A stretch of 59,090 bases of DNA from Candidatus Deferrimicrobiaceae bacterium (GTDB lineage Bacteria > Desulfobacterota > Deferrimicrobia > Deferrimicrobiales > Deferrimicrobiaceae). The notes beneath the pieces are model-generated. The model worked only from the letters and a program-made list of their open reading frames with translations. It had not been told where the DNA came from and searched no databases. A program made the translations under genes and the position numbers. The DNA is taken from NCBI GenBank assembly GCA_041633075.1, contig JBFKGZ010000002.1, positions 1 to 59,090 of the forward strand, given 5' to 3'. The number at the start of each line of letters is the position of its first letter. Position 1 is the first letter of the stretch. Shown piece after piece: positions 1-9,801 of this stretch.

Positions 1-53
1 ATCGGTCCAGGTTGTGGTAATGCTTTTCAGACCGATTCGAGGAGGAGGCAGGC

Positions 54-332
54 ATGTCGAAGAAGCGGTACCGTCCGGAAGAGATCATCGGCAAACTGCG
101 TGAGGCCGACGTCCTGCTAAGCCAGGGCAAGAAGGTGGTTGAGGTGATCAAGGCCTTGGGCATCACCGACGTCACCTATTACCGCTGGCGGCAGGAGTAC
201 GGGGGAATGTCGGTTTCCCAGGCTAAGCGGCTCAAGGAGTTGGAGAAGGAGAACGAGCGGCTCCGGAAGGCGGTCTCCGATTTGACCCTGGACAAAATGA
301 TCCTGAAGGAGGCGGCCAAGGGAAACTTCTAA
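54..332 (+). CDS. IS3-family transposase OrfA (helix-turn-helix, leucine-zipper-like C-terminus)
   Basis: 92-aa ORF. RPEEIIGKLRE...YYRWRQEYGG...AKRLKELEKENERLRK is typical of IS3/IS911-type OrfA. It ends KGNF* just after the slippery site. Confidence 0.88.
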   Translation: MSKKRYRPEEIIGKLREADVLLSQGKKVVEVIKALGITDVTYYRWRQEYGGMSVSQAKRLKELEKENERLRKAVSDLTLDKMILKEAAKGNF

Positions 333-377
333 GCCCCTCCCGCCGCCGTGCCTGCGTGAAGGCCGTGTGTGAGGGGC
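320..377 (+). promoter_or_regulatory. Programmed -1 ribosomal frameshift signal: G GGA AAC heptamer plus downstream stem
   Basis: GGGAAAC at 320-326 is phased X XXY YYZ in the orfA frame (codons GGA AAC). A 6-nt spacer containing the orfA stop follows. Then GCCCCTC (333-339) pairs perfectly with GAGGGGC (371-377). Confidence 0.7.
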
Positions 378-1216
378 TCAAAGTTTCCGAACGACGTGCC
401 TGCCAGGTGCTGGGGCAGTACCGCTCGACCCAGCGGCACGTGGCAGTGGTCAAATCGGACGAGGAAGCGTTGACGACGGCGATCGTGGGATTGGCCACGC
501 AGTACGGCCGGTACGGATACAAACGGGTGACCGGCCTATTGCGGGAGGCCGGCTGGGGAGTCAACAAGAAGCGGGTGGAGCGGATCTGGCGACGGGAAGG
601 GTTGAAAGTGCCGGCCCGGCAGCCGAAACGGGGTCGGCTGTGGCTGAACGACGGCTCTTGCATTCGATTGAGACCGGAGCGTCCGAACCACGTGTGGGCG
701 TACGATTTCGTGGCGGATCGGACTCACGAGGGCAAGGCGTTCCGGATGCTGACGGTGATCGACGAGTACACGCGGGAGTGCCTGGCCATCGTTGTGGGGA
801 GGAGGATCAACTCCCACGATGTTTTGTACACCTTGGCGGATCTGTTCATTCAACGGGGTATTCCAGCACACATTCGGTCGGACAACGGTCCGGAGTTCTG
901 CGCCAGGGCGGTCAGGGAGTGGCTGAGGAGACTGGGAGTGGGGACGTTGTTTATCGAGCCGGGCAGTCCGTGGGAGAACGGATACGTGGAGTCGTTTATC
1001 GGGAAACTGCGGTACGAACTCTTGAATCGGGAGATCTTCTACACGCTGAAGGAGGTCACCATCCTCATCGAGCAATGGCGACGGCACTACAATGGAGTGA
1101 GACCGCATAGTGCGTTGGGATACCGGCCTCCGGCTCCCGAAACAATCGCATTCCTGGGGAGGGGGCTTCCTAATTCCTGGAGTTCATTGGAGACTTCTGG
1201 AGGGCTTTTACACTAA
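356..1216 (+). CDS. IS3-family transposase OrfB (DDE integrase core), probably made as an OrfAB fusion by -1 frameshift
   Basis: rve-type core: HVWAYDF..D, SDNGPEF, PWENGYVESF..E. The frame is -1 relative to orfA and stays open upstream back past position 320. The 356 GTG is only the ORF-track start. Confidence 0.9.
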   Translation: MKAVCEGLKVSERRACQVLGQYRSTQRHVAVVKSDEEALTTAIVGLATQYGRYGYKRVTGLLREAGWGVNKKRVERIWRREGLKVPARQPKRGRLWLNDGSCIRLRPERPNHVWAYDFVADRTHEGKAFRMLTVIDEYTRECLAIVVGRRINSHDVLYTLADLFIQRGIPAHIRSDNGPEFCARAVREWLRRLGVGTLFIEPGSPWENGYVESFIGKLRYELLNREIFYTLKEVTILIEQWRRHYNGVRPHSALGYRPPAPETIAFLGRGLPNSWSSLETSGGLLH

Positions 1217-1283
1217 GATACGGGTGGACCAATCATGGGGGGCTGGTCACACGCGACCACGCGGAGAGGAACGGCAAGTTATG

Positions 1284-1307
1284 GTATGAGTGATAGTATG
1301 AGTGATA
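1284..1307. repeat. Perfect 12-bp tandem duplication GTATGAGTGATA x2
   Basis: Read directly at 1284-1295 and 1296-1307. It lies in an AT-richer spacer between the IS right end and the tRNA-Val terminator. Confidence 0.9.
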
Positions 1308-1320
1308 TTCAGAAAACGAA

Positions 1321-1356
1321 CAAGGGGTCCGGCTTTTGCCGTAACCCCTTGTTTTT
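1321..1356. terminator. Bidirectional rho-independent terminator-like hairpin
   Basis: CAAGGGGT (1321-1328) pairs with ACCCCTTG (1344-1351), with an inner CGGC-TTTT-GCCG. TTTTT follows on the + strand and a T-rich TTCGTTTTCT follows on the - strand, immediately 3' of tRNA-Val. Confidence 0.6.
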
Positions 1357-1360
1357 CCAT

Positions 1361-1436
1361 TGGTAGGCGGAACAGGACTTGAACCTGTGACCCTCGCCTT
1401 GTAAGGGCGATGCTCTACCAACTGAGCTATCCGCCC
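1361..1436 (-). tRNA. tRNA-Val (anticodon TAC), CCA encoded
   Basis: The reverse complement GGGCGGATAGCTCAGTTGGTAGAGCATCGCCCTTACAAGGCGAGGGTCACAGGTTCAAGTCCTGTTCCGCCTACCA folds as a cloverleaf. The anticodon loop is CTTACAA. Confidence 0.93.
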
Positions 1437-1523
1437 GTCCGGGCTTTCAGGAACAGGGCTTTTCAACCTACCAAATCTCTTTTCCCCGTGTCAACGCGAA
1501 TCGGCCTGCCGTCCTCTGCTACC

Positions 1524-2513
1524 ATGGACGCCATGAAGATCGCCCTGCTCGGCGCAATGGGGTTCGTGGGACAGGTCGCGGCCCGGGAACTTGCCGGCCG
1601 CCCGGAGGTCCGGGACCTGCTGCTCGTGGACTACAACGTCCGCGAGGCGAAGAAGTTCGCCAGGTCCCTGTCCCCGAAATGCCGGTGGGCAATGGCCGAC
1701 GTCGGCCGGGTTCCCGATCTGGAGCGGCTCCTGGGAGATGTCGATGCGGTGGCGAACGCCGCGGGACCCTGCTCGGAATACGAAAAAACGGTCCTCCTCA
1801 CATGCGCCGGCTCCGGCCGGCCGGCAGCCAGCATCGGGGACAATGTTCTTTCCGCCGCCGACCGCCGGGAGATCCGTGACGCCTTTCGCCGGGCGGGGGC
1901 GGGGGCCGTCTCCGGGTGCGGAATGGTCCCGGGGTGGACGGACCTGCTGGCGGCCCACTTCCTCCCGAAAGGAAGCACAGGCAGGGATGGTGCGGCCGCA
2001 CACGGGGGAGGGAGGTTTTTCTTCTGCTCACCGGACCGGTTCGGCGGCTACGCCTTCTTCCGCAGGCTCGTCCGGGAGATCGGACATCCCACAAACGTCC
2101 CGTCCCGTGCCCCTGCCGGCCGCTACTTCGAAGCGGGTGAAGGGACCGCGTTCGGGCTTCCGGAAGGAAAACCCGCAAGGCGCTGCAGGAGAATCACCGG
2201 CGGACTCGGAATATTCGGTCCGGTGGGGAGGGAGATGTCCGCAGCGTTTTTATTCTGGCTCCGCGGATCCTTGCGGCCGGCGACGCGCGTGCCTGCCGCC
2301 GCTGCGGGCGTGTTCCCGGCAGACGAGCCGCAAGGGCGTTTCGCGGCCATCTCCGATCCTGATGGAAGCCTCGCCGGAACGCTCCTTGCGGAGACCGCCT
2401 TGCTGCTGGGGCGGGAACGCGGCAAAAGAAAAGGCCTCCTGGCGCTTCCCGAAATCCTCGGGAAGGAGGAGGCCGAACGAATCGCATCGTCCTGCACCGC
2501 CACTCTGGAGTAA
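1524..2513 (+). CDS. Saccharopine dehydrogenase-like NAD(P)-binding protein
   Basis: ATG at 1524 gives MDAMKIALLGAMGFVGQ, a Rossmann GxGxxG motif. The ORF-track start at 1410 overlaps the tRNA and is rejected. Confidence 0.65.
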   Translation: MDAMKIALLGAMGFVGQVAARELAGRPEVRDLLLVDYNVREAKKFARSLSPKCRWAMADVGRVPDLERLLGDVDAVANAAGPCSEYEKTVLLTCAGSGRPAASIGDNVLSAADRREIRDAFRRAGAGAVSGCGMVPGWTDLLAAHFLPKGSTGRDGAAAHGGGRFFFCSPDRFGGYAFFRRLVREIGHPTNVPSRAPAGRYFEAGEGTAFGLPEGKPARRCRRITGGLGIFGPVGREMSAAFLFWLRGSLRPATRVPAAAAGVFPADEPQGRFAAISDPDGSLAGTLLAETALLLGRERGKRKGLLALPEILGKEEAERIASSCTATLE

Positions 2514-2530
2514 GCGCTTCCGGACCGTTC

Positions 2531-4936
2531 CTAATGGCGTACCACGTCTCCGTCCGACCCTTCCGGGGTGCCCGGGGGAGGATCCGGGAGCGGGACCGTA
2601 TCCGGCGCCTTCGCTTTCTCGGGCATCTCGATTGCGGCGGAGATCACCTCGTCCATGTGCCGGACGAAGATGATCTTGAGATTCTTCTTGATCTTTCCCG
2701 GGATCTCGGCGAGATCCTTCTCGTTCTCGGCGGGCAGGATCACGGTCTTGATCCCCCCGCGGTGCGCCGCCAGCAGCTTCTCCTTGACCCCGCCGATGGG
2801 CAGAATCCGTCCCCGCAGGGTGATCTCCCCCGTCATCGCCAGGTCGTTGCGCGCGGGAACGCGCAACAGGGCCGATGCCAGCGCCGTCGCCATCGTGATC
2901 CCTGCCGAGGGGCCATCCTTGGGGATCGCCCCCTCCGGCACGTGGATGTGGATGTCGATCTTCTGGTAGAAGTCCGTCTCGAGGTTCATGACCTCCGCCC
3001 GGGTACGGATGTAGGAGAGCGCCGCGTGCGCGGATTCCTGCATCACCTCCCCGAGTTTGCCGGTGACTTTCAGATTTCCCTTGCCGGGCATGATCGCGGA
3101 CTCGATGAGAAGAAGCTCGCCGCCGAACTCGGTCCAGGCGAGCCCCGTCGCCAGTCCGATCTGCCGTTTCTCCTCCGCCTCGCCGTACCGGTACCGGGCA
3201 ACCCCGAGGTACCGCCGCACCGACTGCGGGGTGAAGCGTATTTTTCCCGGGCCCTTCTCCTTGACGACTTCCCGTGTGATCTTCCGCAGGATGGACGCCA
3301 GCTCCCGCTCGAGGTTCCGAACCCCCGCTTCCCGGGTGTAGTAGCGGATCACTTGCAGGATCGCCGCCCCGGAAAAGGATATCTTGTCCGCCGGAAGCCC
3401 GTGCTCCTCCATCTTTTTCGGGAGGAGATGGTCGATCGCGATGTGGAGTTTCTCCAACTCCGTGTATCCGGGAATCCGGATGATTTCCATCCGATCCTGG
3501 AGGGCCGGCGGGATGCCATGGAGCGTGTTCGCCGTGGTGAGAAACATCACGCTGGACAGGTCGTAGTCGACGTCCAGGTAATGGTCGTTGAACGAGTTGT
3601 TCTGCTCGGGGTCGAGCACCTCGAGAAGCGCCGCCGAGGGGTCTCCCCGGAAATCCATCGACATCTTGTCGACCTCGTCGAACAGAAACACGGGGTTGAC
3701 CGTCCCCGCCTTCTTCATCTGCTGCATGATCTTCCCCGGGAGCGCCCCGATGTAGGTTCTGCGGTGTCCGCGAATCTCCGCCTCGTCGCGCACGCCGCCC
3801 AGGGACATGCGGACGAACTTCCGCTCCGTCGCCCGCGCGATCGACTTGGCGAGGGAGGTTTTCCCCACCCCGGGAGGGCCCACGAAGCACAGGATCGGCC
3901 CTTTCAGCTTCGCCACCAGCTTGCGGACCGCGAGGTACTCGAGGATCCGTTCCTTGACCTTCTCCAGGCCGTAGTGGTCCTCGTTCAGCACCATTTCGGT
4001 GGCCTCGATGTCGAGCTTGTCCTCGGTGCGCTCCTGCCAGGGGATCGAGATGAGCCAGTCGATGTAGTTCCGGCTTACGGTCGCCTCCGCCGACATCGGC
4101 GACATGAGGCGCAGCTTCTTGATCTCCTTCTCTGCCTTCTGCTGGGCCTCCTTGCCCATCTTCTTCTTCTTGATCTTCTCCTCGAGCTCGTCGAGCTCCG
4201 AGCGCCCCTCGTCACCCTGCCCGAGCTCCTTCTGGATGGCGCGCATCTGCTCGTTCAGGTAGAACTCCTTCTGCGTCTTTTCCATCTGCTTCTTGACGCG
4301 CCCCCGGATCTTCTTCTCGATCTCGAGAATCTCGATCTCTGCATCGAGAAAGGCAAGGAGCTTCTCCATCTGCTCCCGCGCCGTCGGAAGTTCGAGGACC
4401 GCCTGCTTGTCCGACAGCTTGACCGGCAGGTGAGCGGCCACGGTATCCGCGAGCTTGGCCGGATCATCCGGGGACCCCAGCTGCACCATCACTTCGGAGG
4501 GGATCTTCTTGCTGAGCTTTGCGTAATGCTCGAACGAGGCGATGACGTTGCGGACCAGCGCCTCGGTGATGGCCCCCTCGTACCGCTCGATCGGGAGCTC
4601 CTCGATACTGACCTGGAAAAACCGGTCATTCGGAAGAAAATGGAGAAGCCTCGCACGAAACCGACCGTCGACCAGCACCTTGACGGTGCCGTCGGGCAGC
4701 TTGAGGATCTGGACGATGTGCGCAACGGTCCCGATGCGGAAGATGTCGTCCTCCACGGGCTCGTTCGTCGCCGCGTCCTTCTGGGCGGCGAGAAAGATGA
4801 GTCTGTCGTGGGCAAGCGCGGCTTCGAGTGCGGCGATCGACTTGTCCCGACCGATGAACAGGGGAACCACCATGTGCGGGAACACGACGATGTCGCGCAA
4901 CGGGAGAAGCGGCAGGATCCTTTTCCTGTCTTCCAT
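2531..4936 (-). CDS. lon: ATP-dependent Lon protease
   Basis: Full-length Lon: N-terminal domain, Walker [10 protein letters not shown], and protease motif PKDGPSAGI. The start is chosen at 4936 ([15 protein letters not shown]) because GGAGG lies 7 nt upstream. The longest ORF runs to 4987. Confidence 0.96.
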   Translation of the reverse strand: MEDRKRILPLLPLRDIVVFPHMVVPLFIGRDKSIAALEAALAHDRLIFLAAQKDAATNEPVEDDIFRIGTVAHIVQILKLPDGTVKVLVDGRFRARLLHFLPNDRFFQVSIEELPIERYEGAITEALVRNVIASFEHYAKLSKKIPSEVMVQLGSPDDPAKLADTVAAHLPVKLSDKQAVLELPTAREQMEKLLAFLDAEIEILEIEKKIRGRVKKQMEKTQKEFYLNEQMRAIQKELGQGDEGRSELDELEEKIKKKKMGKEAQQKAEKEIKKLRLMSPMSAEATVSRNYIDWLISIPWQERTEDKLDIEATEMVLNEDHYGLEKVKERILEYLAVRKLVAKLKGPILCFVGPPGVGKTSLAKSIARATERKFVRMSLGGVRDEAEIRGHRRTYIGALPGKIMQQMKKAGTVNPVFLFDEVDKMSMDFRGDPSAALLEVLDPEQNNSFNDHYLDVDYDLSSVMFLTTANTLHGIPPALQDRMEIIRIPGYTELEKLHIAIDHLLPKKMEEHGLPADKISFSGAAILQVIRYYTREAGVRNLERELASILRKITREVVKEKGPGKIRFTPQSVRRYLGVARYRYGEAEEKRQIGLATGLAWTEFGGELLLIESAIMPGKGNLKVTGKLGEVMQESAHAALSYIRTRAEVMNLETDFYQKIDIHIHVPEGAIPKDGPSAGITMATALASALLRVPARNDLAMTGEITLRGRILPIGGVKEKLLAAHRGGIKTVILPAENEKDLAEIPGKIKKNLKIIFVRHMDEVISAAIEMPEKAKAPDTVPLPDPPPGTPEGSDGDVVRH

Positions 4937-5003
4937 TCGTACCTCCACTACGTTCGACAGCCCCCCTCCCCGTGCGGGGAAGGACATCCGCAGGGGTCTC
5001 TCG

Positions 5004-6257
5004 CTAGGCCAGTTCGGCCTTCTTTCCCTGCACGATTTCGGGAGGCACCTTGCCGCTGACCACGTCTTCGGAAATAATGCACTTCTTGATGTTGCTCTGG
5101 GAAGGTATCTCGTACATGACGTCCAGCATGATGTGCTCGAGGATGGAGCGCAGCCCCCGCGCCCCCGCCTTTCGCTGGATGGCCTGCCTGGCGATGCACC
5201 GCAAGGCGTCCTCGGTGAACTCGAGTTTCACGTTCTCGAACTCGAAGAGCCGCTGGTACTGCCTCACGAGAGCGTTCTTGGGCTTCATCAGTATCTGGAC
5301 CAGCGCATCCTCGTCGAGTTCGTGCAGCGTGGCTACCACCGGGAGGCGTCCCACGAACTCGGGGATGAGGCCGAACCGGATGAGGTCCTCCGGTTGTGCC
5401 GCCTCGAGAAGCTTGCCGATGTTCTTCTCCGAGCGCGAAACGATGTCGGCCGCGAACCCCATCATCTTCTTCGAGGTACGCCGCTCCACGATTCCCTCGA
5501 GGCCGATGAACGCCCCGCCGCAGATGAAGAGAATATTGCCCGTGTCGACCTTGATGAAGTCCTGCTGAGGGTGCTTGCGTCCGCCCTTGGGGGGAACGTT
5601 CGCGATCGTCCCCTCCAGGATCTTGAGCAGCGCCTGCTGGACCCCTTCGCCGGAGACGTCGCGTGTGATCGACGGATTTTCCGACTTGCGCGCGATCTTG
5701 TCGATCTCGTCGATATAGACGATCCCCTTCTGGGCCTTTTCCACGTCGTAGTCGGATGCCTGCAGGAGGCTTAAGATGATGTTCTCGACGTCCTCCCCCA
5801 CGTACCCCGCCTCGGTGAGCGTGGTTGCGTCCGCGATCGTGAACGGGACGTTCAGGATGCGGGCCAGGGTCTGTGCCAGAAGGGTTTTCCCGCTTCCCGT
5901 GGGCCCGAGCAGGATGATGTTGGACTTCTGGAGTTCGACGCCGTCGACGGTGCGCGTCTCGACCCGCTTGTAATGGTTGTACACCGCAACGGATAGGATC
6001 TTCTTGGCCCTCTCCTGCCCGATCACGTATTCGTCGAGAATCTTTTTTATTTCCGTTGGCTTCGGAAGCCTTCGACGCTTCTCCTCCAGCGAATCCTCGA
6101 CTTCGTACTCCTCGGTGATGATGTCGTTGCAGAGCTCGACGCATTCGTCGCAGATGTACACGGTGGGGCCCGCGATGAGTTTTCGCACCTCGTTCTGGGC
6201 TTTTCCACAGAACGAGCAGACCAGCAAGTTCGCTTTGTCGTTGATTTTCCGGGTCAC
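5004..6257 (-). CDS. clpX: ATP-dependent Clp protease ATP-binding subunit ClpX
   Basis: N-terminal zinc ribbon CSFCGK...CDEC, Walker A GPTGSGKT, and IGF-like loop region. 417 aa. Confidence 0.98.
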   Translation of the reverse strand: MTRKINDKANLLVCSFCGKAQNEVRKLIAGPTVYICDECVELCNDIITEEYEVEDSLEEKRRRLPKPTEIKKILDEYVIGQERAKKILSVAVYNHYKRVETRTVDGVELQKSNIILLGPTGSGKTLLAQTLARILNVPFTIADATTLTEAGYVGEDVENIILSLLQASDYDVEKAQKGIVYIDEIDKIARKSENPSITRDVSGEGVQQALLKILEGTIANVPPKGGRKHPQQDFIKVDTGNILFICGGAFIGLEGIVERRTSKKMMGFAADIVSRSEKNIGKLLEAAQPEDLIRFGLIPEFVGRLPVVATLHELDEDALVQILMKPKNALVRQYQRLFEFENVKLEFTEDALRCIARQAIQRKAGARGLRSILEHIMLDVMYEIPSQSNIKKCIISEDVVSGKVPPEIVQGKKAELA

Positions 6258-6268
6258 AGGATCCTCCG

Positions 6269-6877
6269 TCAGTCTACCAGCGGCCTGGCGGAAAGCGGCC
6301 TTTTCTCCACCACGGTGTCGATTATACCATAGCTCTTCGCCTGCTCCGCGGTCATGAAAAAGTCCCGTTCGGAGTCCGCCGCGATGCGGGAAAGCGGCTG
6401 CCCCGTGTGCTTCGCGAGGATCTTGTTGAGCTCTTCCCGCATCCGGAGGATCTCCCGGGCGTGGATCTCGATCTCGGTGGCCTGCCCTTTCGCTCCTCCC
6501 ATCGGCTGGTGGATCAGGATGCGCGCGTTGGGCAGCGCGGTCCGTTTCCCCACGGCACCCCCGGCCAGAAGCACCGCGGCCATCGAGGAAGCCTGACCGA
6601 TGCAGACGGTGGCCAGCTGGGGCTTGATGAACTGCATCGTGTCGTAGATCGCCATCCCCGCGGTCACATACCCCCCGGGGGAGTTGATGTACAGGTTGAC
6701 ATCCTTGTCCGGATCCTCCGCCTCGAGAAACAGGAGCTGGGCGATGACCAGGTTGGCGATATCGTCGTCGATCGGGTTTCCGATGAACACGATGCGGTCC
6801 TTGAGCAGCCGGGAGTAGATGTCGTAGGATCGCTCGCCGCGGCTTGTCTGTTCCACAACGATCGGCACAAGGGTCAT
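6269..6877 (-). CDS. clpP: ATP-dependent Clp protease proteolytic subunit ClpP
   Basis: Contains [14 protein letters not shown] and the GQASSMAA active-site Ser region. 202 aa. Confidence 0.98.
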   Translation of the reverse strand: MTLVPIVVEQTSRGERSYDIYSRLLKDRIVFIGNPIDDDIANLVIAQLLFLEAEDPDKDVNLYINSPGGYVTAGMAIYDTMQFIKPQLATVCIGQASSMAAVLLAGGAVGKRTALPNARILIHQPMGGAKGQATEIEIHAREILRMREELNKILAKHTGQPLSRIAADSERDFFMTAEQAKSYGIIDTVVEKRPLSARPLVD

Positions 6878-8160
6878 CCCGCCACCTCCTCCCTGGCCTC
6901 GGCGTTCTCCTGGAGGAACGCCATCACCTTCCTGTCGAGCAACCGGTTGCGCAGGCCGTCCATTCGCTCCTCGTCCCCGTACGTTTCCCTTATCTTTTCA
7001 TACTCTATCCCGGCGCCGGCCGCCATCCGTTTCATCTCCGTCTCGATTTCGGAGTAGGGAACGTCGATGCCCTCCTTCTCCGCGATCGCCGACAGGAGCA
7101 AGGACAGGCGGACCGCCCGACCGGCGTTCGGAGCAAACCTCTCTTTCATCTTTTCGAAATCCATGCTCACTTTCTTTAGGTCGACCCCCTGGGACACGAG
7201 CTGGTTTGCGGTGTCCTCGATCATGGAGACAATCTGGCGGTCGACCAGCGTTGTGGGGACCTCGAAGGAATTCCTCTCCAGCAGCCCCTGCCGGAGCTGT
7301 TCCTCCACGCTGCGCCTCGCCGCCTCCTCCGCCTCCAGAACCAGGCGCGCCCGCATCTTTTCCTTCAGATCGGAAAGGCCGGTTATGTCTCCGAAACCCT
7401 TGGCGAAATCATCGTCCAGATCGGGAAGTTTCTTCTCACGGACGGCGCTCACCTTCACCTCGAAGAGGACCTTCTTCCCGCGGTACTTCGCGTTGGGAAA
7501 ATCGGGCTCGAACTGCACCTCGATCGTCTTCCGGTCCCCAGCCCTGACCCCGGTCAGGTTGGTCTCGAACTCCTTTCCGAAGGGGACCCCTCCCTCGAGA
7601 ACCACGCTTGCAGAGTCGCTTTTCTCGACCGTCTCCCCCTCCGATGTCGCGGTGAACCCGAACTCCACGAGATCGGAGCCGCCGGCTCCTCGCCCCTCGA
7701 CCGCGTGGTACTGGGCGAAGGATCCCCGCAGACGATCGACCGCGGCGTCCACATCCTCGTCTTTTATCTCCCGTTTCTCCTTCACGACGGAGATTCCCTT
7801 GTATCCCTCCGGGTTCAGCTCGGGGACGACTTCCACGGTGGCGGTGAAAACGAACTCCTGCCCCTCCGTGAGCTTTCCTCCGTCGATCTTCGGAAGGGAA
7901 AGGATCTTCAGGTCGTTCCCCTTTACCGCTTCGCTTAAGGAATCCCTGACCAGTTGCTCGACAACATCCGCCTCGACGGATTCCTTGAAGACCCGCCGCA
8001 CCATCGACATCGGGGCCTTCCCCTTGCGAAACCCGCGCAGGGGTGCCATTTTCCGGACCTCGGCGTATCCCTCCTCGACGCGCCGTGACACCTCGTCGGC
8101 AGGGATTTCCACACGGATCCTCTTTTCCACACTGCTGACCGTTTCGATGCTCGTCTTCAT
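6874..8160 (-). CDS. tig: Trigger factor
   Basis: 428 aa with the GFRKGKAP ribosome-binding signature. Its end overlaps the clpP start by 4 nt. Confidence 0.95.
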   Translation of the reverse strand: MKTSIETVSSVEKRIRVEIPADEVSRRVEEGYAEVRKMAPLRGFRKGKAPMSMVRRVFKESVEADVVEQLVRDSLSEAVKGNDLKILSLPKIDGGKLTEGQEFVFTATVEVVPELNPEGYKGISVVKEKREIKDEDVDAAVDRLRGSFAQYHAVEGRGAGGSDLVEFGFTATSEGETVEKSDSASVVLEGGVPFGKEFETNLTGVRAGDRKTIEVQFEPDFPNAKYRGKKVLFEVKVSAVREKKLPDLDDDFAKGFGDITGLSDLKEKMRARLVLEAEEAARRSVEEQLRQGLLERNSFEVPTTLVDRQIVSMIEDTANQLVSQGVDLKKVSMDFEKMKERFAPNAGRAVRLSLLLSAIAEKEGIDVPYSEIETEMKRMAAGAGIEYEKIRETYGDEERMDGLRNRLLDRKVMAFLQENAEAREEVAG

Positions 8161-8207
8161 GACCGATCGTCCGCTCCTTACCCTTTAGAGTAAAACACCC
8201 GGGTAGA

Positions 8208-8289
8208 TGGTGCGAGAGGAGGGATTTGAACCCTCACGGTTGCCCACCGGATCCTAAATCCGGCGCGTCTGCCATTCCGCCACTCTCGC
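8208..8289 (-). tRNA. tRNA-Leu (anticodon TAG), CCA encoded
   Basis: The reverse complement is GCGAGAGTGGCGGAATGGCAGACGCGCCGGATTTAGGATCCGG...GAGGGTTCAAATCCCTCCTCTCGCACCA. It has a long variable arm and anticodon loop TTTAGGA. Confidence 0.92.
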
Positions 8290-8574
8290 ACTTCCCGGCA
8301 GGCTTTGTTACGAAAAACAATAGTATATACAAATATTTCCGTGTGGCAAGACCAAATTCCCCGGACCGCGAAGCCGATCACCGAAACCTTCAACGGAGCA
8401 CCCGATATCGGGCGCAGCAAGCCGAAGACGAGGGGGCGCAGTGAGGTAAAGCGCAGACGTGCAGGTTCACCGCACGGCGAGCCACGAACGGAGCCCCCCT
8501 CCGAGGCGGCGGAGCCTCCTCCCGGGCGCCCCGGTCGCTGCACGGAGCCGGGGAGCGGATGCAGGAGGGAAATC

Positions 8575-9420
8575 TCAGGGAAGGCCGAGGATCCGGCGCG
8601 CGTTGGCGAGGAAGACCTTGTCGAGGACAGCGGCCGGGTACCCCTCGGCATCCCAGTCCCGGAAGAGCCGCTCGTAGGAAAGCACGGGGTAGTCCGACCC
8701 GAACATGACCTTGTCCTGGAGGCGCCCGGCGATTTCCTTCTTCAGCTCGGGCGTGAAATATTTCGGAGACCAGCCGGACGTCTCCATGTAGACGTTTGCC
8801 TTGTGGAGGAGAATGGCGATCATCTCGCTCTGCCACGGCCAGGAGGGGTGGCACCCAATGATGGTGAGTCCGGGGAAATCGGCCGCGACATCGTCGAGAT
8901 GGATCGGCTGGGTGTACTTCAGCTTGAGCCCCATCCCTCCCGGCGTCCCCGCCCCCAGGCCGGTGGTGCCGGTGTGGAACTGCACGGGGACGGACAGCTC
9001 GACGCACTTCTCGTAGAGAGGGTAGAACCGGCGGTCGTTCGGGAAGAACGCCTGGGCGACCCCCTGGAACTTCACCCCCGCAAGCTGCAAGTCCCGGACG
9101 GCGCGCTCGAGCTCCCGGACGGCCTCCTCACCCTTCCACGGGTCGACCGAGGCCCAGGCGCCGATCACCGAACCCGGAAACCGGTCCCGGACGGAGGCCA
9201 CGTAATCGTTGGTCGTCGCCGGCAGCCGCGTGGTCGTTTCCGCATCCCAGGCCAGGATCATCGCGCCCACGCCGGCCTGGAGGAACTCCCCGGCCATCTC
9301 CTCGTCCGTGCGGACACGAAAGGGCGTCCGGTAATAGGACTCGAGCGCCTCGAAATACGGGCGCATCGATTCGTACCAGGGGCCGGTGCTGGGATGGGCG
9401 TGAACGTCGATCGCTCGCAA
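8575..9420 (-). CDS. Amidohydrolase-2 (TIM-barrel metal hydrolase) family protein
   Basis: Contains AIDVHAHP ... HTG ... GSDYP motifs. The start is assigned to TTG at 9420, 4 nt after the PilZ stop. The longer ORF to 9585 overlaps the upstream gene. Confidence 0.75.
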   Translation of the reverse strand: MRAIDVHAHPSTGPWYESMRPYFEALESYYRTPFRVRTDEEMAGEFLQAGVGAMILAWDAETTTRLPATTNDYVASVRDRFPGSVIGAWASVDPWKGEEAVRELERAVRDLQLAGVKFQGVAQAFFPNDRRFYPLYEKCVELSVPVQFHTGTTGLGAGTPGGMGLKLKYTQPIHLDDVAADFPGLTIIGCHPSWPWQSEMIAILLHKANVYMETSGWSPKYFTPELKKEIAGRLQDKVMFGSDYPVLSYERLFRDWDAEGYPAAVLDKVFLANARRILGLP

Positions 9421-9424
9421 GGGC

Positions 9425-9757
9425 CTACTCGAGGAAGAGCCACTCCGAAATTTCTTCCGACGCCTCGTCGAACTGCATGCCGAAAATGTAGGACCCCTCC
9501 GGATTCTCGGCCGCGCGGAACCAGACGACCTTTCCCGATACCCGGATCGGCGATTTCCCTTCCGGGAAGATCGTCGCGTCCACACGGTTCCGCGTAGTCA
9601 TCAGCGTGTCGTACATCACATGGATCCCGTCCGGGCTGATCTTCGGCGTCACGACCGACATCCCCGCAGAGGAAAAATCCTTCGCGGTGGCCGTTACGGG
9701 GGAGGACACCCGCATCGGCTGCTTGCCGCTCTTTACCGTGAACACAACCGTAGCCAT
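9425..9757 (-). CDS. PilZ-domain protein (DxSxxG present, RxxxR degenerate)
   Basis: 110 aa from MATVVF with AAGGAGAGG upstream. It has DFSSAG (DxSxxG) but KQPMR in place of RxxxR. Confidence 0.7.
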   Translation of the reverse strand: MATVVFTVKSGKQPMRVSSPVTATAKDFSSAGMSVVTPKISPDGIHVMYDTLMTTRNRVDATIFPEGKSPIRVSGKVVWFRAAENPEGSYIFGMQFDEASEEISEWLFLE

Positions 9758-9801
9758 ACGCCGTTTCCTCTCCTTTTGCCTTCGTTCTCTGGAAAAAAGG
9801 G

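Larger units (their letters stand above)
1..1235 (+). mobile_element. IS3-family insertion sequence, left terminus clipped by the window edge
   Basis: orfA (HTH) and orfB (DDE/rve) lie in 0/-1 frames with a slippery heptamer. The right end TGGACCAATCA (1225-1235) is the inverted complement of the window start ATCGGTCCA (8 of 9 matches). This implies TGAT.GGTCCA termini and a window start about 2 nt inside IRL. IR similarity fades after about 11 bp, so the ends are tentative. Confidence 0.8.

Noticed and set aside
1410-1523. N-terminal extension of the saccharopine-dehydrogenase-like ORF
   Set aside because: It overlaps tRNA-Val on the opposite strand. The Rossmann motif begins right after the ATG at 1524.
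2534-5059. 841-aa ORF on the plus strand
   Set aside because: It is exactly antisense to lon. The product is Arg/Leu/Pro/Gly/Asp-rich low-complexity sequence typical of shadow ORFs in GC-rich DNA. Lon on the other strand has unmistakable motifs.
8292-8574. 283-bp gene-free stretch between tRNA-Leu and the amidohydrolase gene
   Set aside because: It contains only short 5-6 bp stems and an AT-rich probable tRNA promoter region (TATACT on the minus strand). I could not recognise an ORF, repeat or RNA motif. It remains unexplained rather than interesting.
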